Shown here: one piece after another, positions 58,101-64,000 of the stretch
Layout of the letters: each line of letters starts with the position of its first letter
Position numbering within the stretch: position 1 is the stretch's first letter
Origin: Tubiluchus corallicola
Lineage: Eukaryota > Animalia > Priapulida
Length of the DNA: 64,000 nucleotides
Assembly: GCA_030141605.1 (NCBI GenBank)
Contig: JAQGDQ010000041.1
Span: forward strand, 806,001-870,000
Reading direction: 5' to 3'
The notes under the pieces: model-generated
Database searches by the model: none
What the model was told of the DNA's origin: nothing
Seen by the model: only the letters and a program-made list of their open reading frames with translations
Program-made: the position numbers and the translations under genes

Positions 58101-61100
58101 GTTTTTGAGTTATTCTAAAAAGATGCGTATCTCGGAAACTAAACGAAAATAACAGCGGATTTTGAACGTAAAAATTAAGTTCTCGTTGTTAGTCATTATT
58201 ACACTGGCGAAAAGATAGACTGGCGAAAAGATAGACTGGCGAAAAGGAGACTGGAGAAAAAGTATACTGGCGAAAAGATAACGGCGAAACGACATACAAT
58301 CAAGCAATCATATAGCACGTGTATAAGAAGGAAATACTGCTAGAAAGTCAACTGCTTGTTGTACTTTGTTATATACACAAATATCGATTATGTAATCCGA
58401 TAATTGTTCTAAAGTGGACTAATGTATGTCAGGATGCCAATAAAACATTTAATTTCTCTGCTTACTTGAACTCCTTGCTTAATTTACTAGTTTGATTGAC
58501 TAAACTGTTTTACGTTTTCTATACAATACCTATTTATTTTACAAAAAATCTGGGAAAGCTTAGACTTAACACGATTATGTTTATTTTATACTTTACGCTT
58601 AAAGCTAAATATAAAGCTATGCATACACATTAAGCTGTTGTACACATTACAAGCATATTCTAGCTATTGTACAAAATGTCAAGGTGAAAGTTTTTATCGC
58701 AACAAAATTATTTATTTCACACTTTTCTCGAAATGCGTAGGTGTTATATTATGAAATACCTTGGAATTTTATAAAATGACTATATTCTAAACATTGCCTA
58801 TAACATATATACATATCACTATATAGCTACATGTACCAAGTGCACTTAGTAACAGGCCTGGCACTCTATAAAATGAAGTAGGCCTATTATTTGCTCCTTG
58901 TTAGCTATAAAAATGAGGCTTATCTATCTCATAAAATGCACTATATATATTTACTATGTTTGTTCGCACATAAAATATAATTTACATGCGCAATTAGGTC
59001 AGCTGGTCAATGGAAGCATAAAATCATAATATGTAACATAAACAAGATACAAGTATTATTTACATTCAGTTAGTTAGCAACATTGATGTTATTTCTTCGT
59101 TTGTAAAGCCGGAAACAAGACACTGCTTACGAGCAGCCCAATATAATACATAAGAAACAGTGTCAGTTTTTTCAGTATAACGTTCATTTTCACAAAACAT
59201 TGTTGCACTAGAAAAAATATGATTTTTATCAAGGGTAGTTATACTCGAGTACTGATTTAGAACGGATATAGTACAAAATAGGCTGCTAGAATTATTAATC
59301 TTTGCATACATGGTTTTGCGACCGTTTGGCTGCTAGGTTAATAAAAGTTTAATTTCAGCAACGCAATGCGTCATGCTAACATGAGAATTTTTCGGAAGCA
59401 ACAAGACACGGTATACCTAATTACACACATTTGGCGGTTGGTTTGCAAATATGTATGACATCCATGGTGACTTATTGTTAATAAAGTCTCTCGTTCTGCA
59501 GGCCTGGATTGACTGTGTTCTTTCACACTGCAGCTATCATGTGCCTCATTCTTGTTTGTTGTGGGTTCATATGCTTTGATATAATATACAGAAAAACATA
59601 ACCAGGAAATAAATAATCAGATTTATTTACAAGATGCAGATAGTAGTGATATCCATCACAAAAGCTACCAAAAACGAACAGTATAATTAATACAGCTTTT
59701 AGGCATTGTTTTCTCTTAGAAAGAAAATCTTTAGTCACTTTGAAGTGCCACCCCAGGTGGACCGCTTCCTTTGCCAACTCCCAGCTAAGCCATTGCTTTA
59801 GTGTATGTGACTATGTGTGCCATCATTCACACGTAAAAAAACATGGGAACGACCGTCGACAGTACAGTTTATTTCCCGAACGTTTCGGCGACTTATACCA
59901 GCAATCCTCAGATATGCATAGTCTGAAATAGAAGCAGCATGGATATTCTTTAAACGTCTGCGCCACATATATAGACATATACACAAAATTCCATTTGATA
60001 AGGTTGATGTTGAAACATTGTAGCCCTTTTTTGAAAGATATATAGTCGTACCAAACCATTTGCTTTTCTAACTCTTTTGCTAGAATATATAGAGGGCCAG
60101 GATATGATGATTTATTTCAGAAAACAATTATTACTGACTGTTAACGCATCTTGTAGTGAGTAAAAAAAATTATAGCTATGAGTAAAGAAAAGGAAGAAAA
60201 TATGCACTGGAATGGCAGGCAGTGAAGGATAATTGCACACAGATAAAAGACTTTTTATTCAGTTATTGTTGGAACTATTGAAGGTTGGCCGTTGGCCTTG
60301 ATCTGTGTGTGCGTAATGTATTTATAACCTGCGTGTGTTTAAGAAGGTAAAATCTCAATGGAAGTTTTTTTAATCGGGGATATTCATAATTCAAATTTTT
60401 TTTCGTGTTGGTTCTGTTTCTATCTGTTTTTTATTTATTCTGTGTTAGTTTAAACTGCTAATTTATCTATAAAATGTTCAGGCTATGTGACAGTGATCTT
60501 TCGGGAATATTGTTTGCTATATCCGTATGGACTACCTGTTAATTTCGTTAAAAATGCTAGAGTAGGATGTCACCTTTGCACATTTACCCTTCGGGTTATG
60601 GTTAGACAGCTGCTTTAGGTTATGCCGGTGAAACTGCCGTTCTCCTCCTTACTGTTAGTGCTCAGCATACGTACTCAGTGTACTACAGACCATGAGACGA
60701 TATTTAATACACAAAAATCAAAATGTATCTTATTCAGTCTTAATGATACCAAACAGATGCCTAAAATTGTTATTATTTTTATAACGCTCAAATGGTAGTA
60801 GCTTATCATTTAGGCCATAAGCTCTCTTATGACCTAATTCGAATGCCTGATGATTTACGATGTCGTAACCATAGATAATAATATTACTACCTAATCTTTT
60901 AGTATATTAGCTATGGTTGTAATTCCACGCTTATACTTAATAAGAAGTGTTATTCCACGCTTTGCTATTTTAAATCGAACACAGTTAAGTTTGCTTTATT
61001 TAAATTATTTTTGAAACTGTTCCAATCGTTCTGCTGTTCGGTTCATGGCTGTTCAACTTTTATCTTACCTGATAAATTGCAAATATTGTAAACATTGAAC

Positions 61101-63096
61101 CCAGAAAAGCCTAAATTCAGTTATCTGTTGCTACTGTTATGTTACACTTATATTAGTATGAAGCACTGTATTGCTGTAATAGCCTAGCAGCTAAAACGGC
61201 AATCGCAAATCTTTTATAGAAAGAATAACAGTTTATCAATTAGCCTTTTTCAGGCGATGTATATTTAAATCAGTAATCAACTTTAATACACGTGAAAAAT
61301 TGTAAGTCTGTAGGTTTTAAAATGCATTGCATGTCAATTTAGGCCACTTACCCCCCCCCAATATGTCAGTTCAAATAACGTCCAGGAGAAGACTTTTTAG
61401 GTCATTCTACTGCCATATAGTCGTCCGTGGCGCATCTTAACAACCCGGGAAGGTTCTAGACTAATGTCGCAATCCCCAAATATGGCGACTGAAATGGTCT
61501 GAAACTGGATGAGCCACGTACGGCGTAACACGTATGCCGACATCAAATTTGCATTTTTCAGACTTCGTCGCAAGCCGCCGGTACACTAAAGAGACCCTGC
61601 GTCTATATCGCCAAGTGATTAACGCACCCTCGAAAAAGGCATCCCACAAATATACATACATGTGCTGTTTTCGCTTAAGCCGGGTATATAACTATAAAAG
61701 TATTAAGGTTTACTCTTGAAAAATTCTCACAATACTGTTGTATTTTGTCATTTAAATAACGATATTATTGTTTATTCAACAGTTTTGGGCTGCATACATA
61801 GGCTGCAACCAGCAAGACACTAATCAAGCCGTCAGACGAACTTTGGAACAAATCGACGTAATTAAGCGTTTCGTAGAAAAATACAACGATGAATTCGTTT
61901 TCGTGACAACCGCTCAAGGTACCTTTATTTATAGTAAAAAATGTCTTATTCCAAAATTGTCAATAATAAGGACGACCATAATAGTCTTACTGGTGCGAAT
62001 GTAGTTAAATGTGTTACGAATTTATTGATGCTATGAACTCACGTAGATATCTCTAAGAAATTAAATTACTCAGTTGTGAGAGACAGCTAATCTGGAAAAG
62101 GCGAACTGAACTTAATTTGACTCAGAAATTGGCATGCAACCCTCTGAGCGCATAACTGTACAGTCAGTTATGCATTAGCATGATTTTTCCTGTAATTATG
62201 GGCACTGATATTATGCTGTTTCTGTAAAACCTATTATTCTAATACTGTTATTCCTATAATCTAATACAGTAATACATTTAATATCCGATTACAAGTAATT
62301 GGGTAATTGGAAGGCTACTGGATAGTACAGTGGCAGAATAGTAGTATAGTGAAGATACATCTGGTTTGAATTCCAAACGTCCAATAGGTTCAAATGTCGG
62401 TTGAAATGTGTAATTTCATATTTCGATTAAATTTTCTCTGAAAAAATGTGATAGAGTATTTCCATTTCGCAAGTTTATAATCTTGAACAATTTCAACGAT
62501 AATCGAGAAAGTAAGAGCACGCGTACAAGGAATTCTACAATTTTTGGTTCACTCATGCAATCCTGGTAAAAATTTATAGGAAAATTGGTCTAGAAATGTA
62601 CAACAAAAATATAAATATGGAAGATTCTGATATAGCGAAAATCTCTAGGGGTGTTGTTTGGATGGCTTGCAGCAAAAAGCGACTTTTTTATTGCTCTAAG
62701 TTTTTTATTTTTAATGTCAGTGGATAGCAAACAAAATGAAGGACTTTTCCGGGCGCACCCATCGGTGTCTAAACGTTACAACAGGACTAACAGTTTCCAT
62801 GTATTGAAAAGCTTCTCCTAAGTACATGGCAGACTAGCAAAATCCTTACTTCCAACGTTTCAAACTTTACATTTTTTATACTAGTTTAAGTACAGCTGAT
62901 GGTGGGCTAAAATTTTCGTGCTGATTGAGTTTTCTTGTTTTGCAGGTATAAATGATGCAAAAGCTGAAGGGAGGATAGGCAGCTTAATCGGTTTAGAAGG
63001 TGGACATGGCATAGACTCGAGCATGGCAACATTACGCTTGATGTATGACATGGGAGTGCGCTACATGACCCTAACTCACAGCTGTGCCACTCCTTG
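55186..63096 (+). CDS. DPEP: Membrane dipeptidase (peptidase M19, renal dipeptidase-like), first four exons; remainder outside the window
   Basis: Exons 55186(or 55201)-55349, 57026-57152, 61783-61918 and 62946-63096. Signal peptide; PLVDGHNDWPW (metal-binding HxD); HTDIPRL..GKVGSQFWAAY; [10 protein letters not shown]; [34 protein letters not shown]. Confidence 0.93.
56590..56955. repeat. Polypyrimidine/low-complexity tract before dipeptidase exon 2
   Basis: About 350 bp of strongly C/T-biased sequence. Confidence 0.85.
58203..58290. repeat. 16-bp tandem repeat ctggcgaaaagataga (about 5 copies), probably a transposon subterminal array
   Basis: Direct inspection. Confidence 0.8.
62330..62410 (+). 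mobile_element. tRNA-like SINE/pseudogene remnant
   Basis: tagtatagtg (A-box-like) ... ggttcaaat (B-box-like) without complete stems. Confidence 0.35.
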
Positions 63097-64000
63097 GTAT
63101 GTACGCAGTATTTAATTAAAATAAGGCCTCAGATTCAATGTAATGCCCACTTCATTTTTTAACTCGAATTAGCTTTGTGGTCATGCTGTAGGCCTATATC
63201 AAAAATGAAGCTGGTTCATCTAGTTATATGACTCAATTGTTCCCGTAACCAGGCTGAGTTCCAAACATAAAGGACAGCTGTATTTCTGTTTCTAATAATT
63301 GTCCATAACAGCATTTACGTGGCATGATGGTTAAAGTAGAATTAAGCCCTTCACTTGGGGTATTTTAGGCGAGGTTGTTGTTTTTAGTGACTAACAGCTC
63401 TGTTGTAGTATACCAATTTTCTAGACAAGTTGTATCGTAAAAATTAAGGAAAGGTTTTTTTTTGCTTATAACATTATTATGTTTGCCACTAAAACATAAT
63501 AACAATTTTGCTGCGTGTTACAATATACAAGATGAAGCCATTGATGATGATGACAGACTTTTATTGAACAAAACTATAATACAAAAAATATACAAAGAGC
63601 GCCCCCATTTTCAAACAGATGTTTACAAAGGATGAAGCCAAACCATCATGTTACGGGTCTGGTCACTAACTGAGTTACTCAGTCCTGTTATAGTGCATTT
63701 TATGCAGTGTTACTGTTTGGGACGTGGAAAAGATAGCCTTTCCATGTCTCTGGTTAAAACTTATGGTTGTCTCGCAATATTATAATTTCAGGACAGTAAC
63801 TTATGACGCCATTATGATCATATAAATAACAGCATTTTGTGGAGGTGCGGATTTCCGTGGGTTACAGTGGTTAATTTATCGTTTTTTGGGTGAATCGTTA
63901 TGGATCCTTTCTTACGACGAGACCTTCTTTAATCTTGTGAAAATGTTTTTAAAAGTCGCCGTTTTCTTTTAGGTTGGTATTCGGTTAAGCAATTGGCTGT

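Noticed and set aside
60570-60660. accc-TTCG-ggt tetraloop and nearby GC stems as a possible ribozyme or ncRNA
   Set aside because: I could not build an HDV, hammerhead or other known fold; a single short stem is expected by chance.
63780-64000. AG acceptors at about 63791 and 63972 as dipeptidase exon 5
   Set aside because: The required frame reaches stop codons quickly and lacks the expected WAD...GL(S/T)xFG motif; exon 5 probably lies outside the window.

Overview
AT-rich invertebrate metazoan genomic DNA with GT-AG spliceosomal introns; the species cannot be assigned from sequence alone. Genes from left to right: (1) a multi-exon matrin/U1-type (ZNF385/ZNF346-like) zinc-finger gene on the minus strand that runs off the left edge; (2) a complete phosphorylase b kinase beta subunit (PHKB) whose 3.2 kb CDS has no intron; (3) a 5-exon TYW2/TRMT12 tRNA-wybutosine gene with a metallothionein-like Cys cluster in its variable loop; (4,5) two tandem 10-exon type-B carboxylesterases on the minus strand, with neuroligin-like type-I membrane architecture but intact catalytic triads; (6) a single-exon, secreted acetylcholine-binding-protein-like nAChR ligand-binding domain lacking both Cys-loop cysteines and any TM domain; (7) the first four exons of a membrane dipeptidase (M19), transcribed divergently from gene 6. 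Introns and intergenic DNA hold Gypsy, LINE, Penelope-like and DD41D mariner fragments, several MITEs with intact TIR/TSD, Helitron-like ends, SINE-like remnants and microsatellites. The most notable candidate system is the cluster of the Cys-loop-less AChBP-like protein, the membrane-anchored esterases and the dipeptidase. Exon boundaries were read by eye; no database searches were run.
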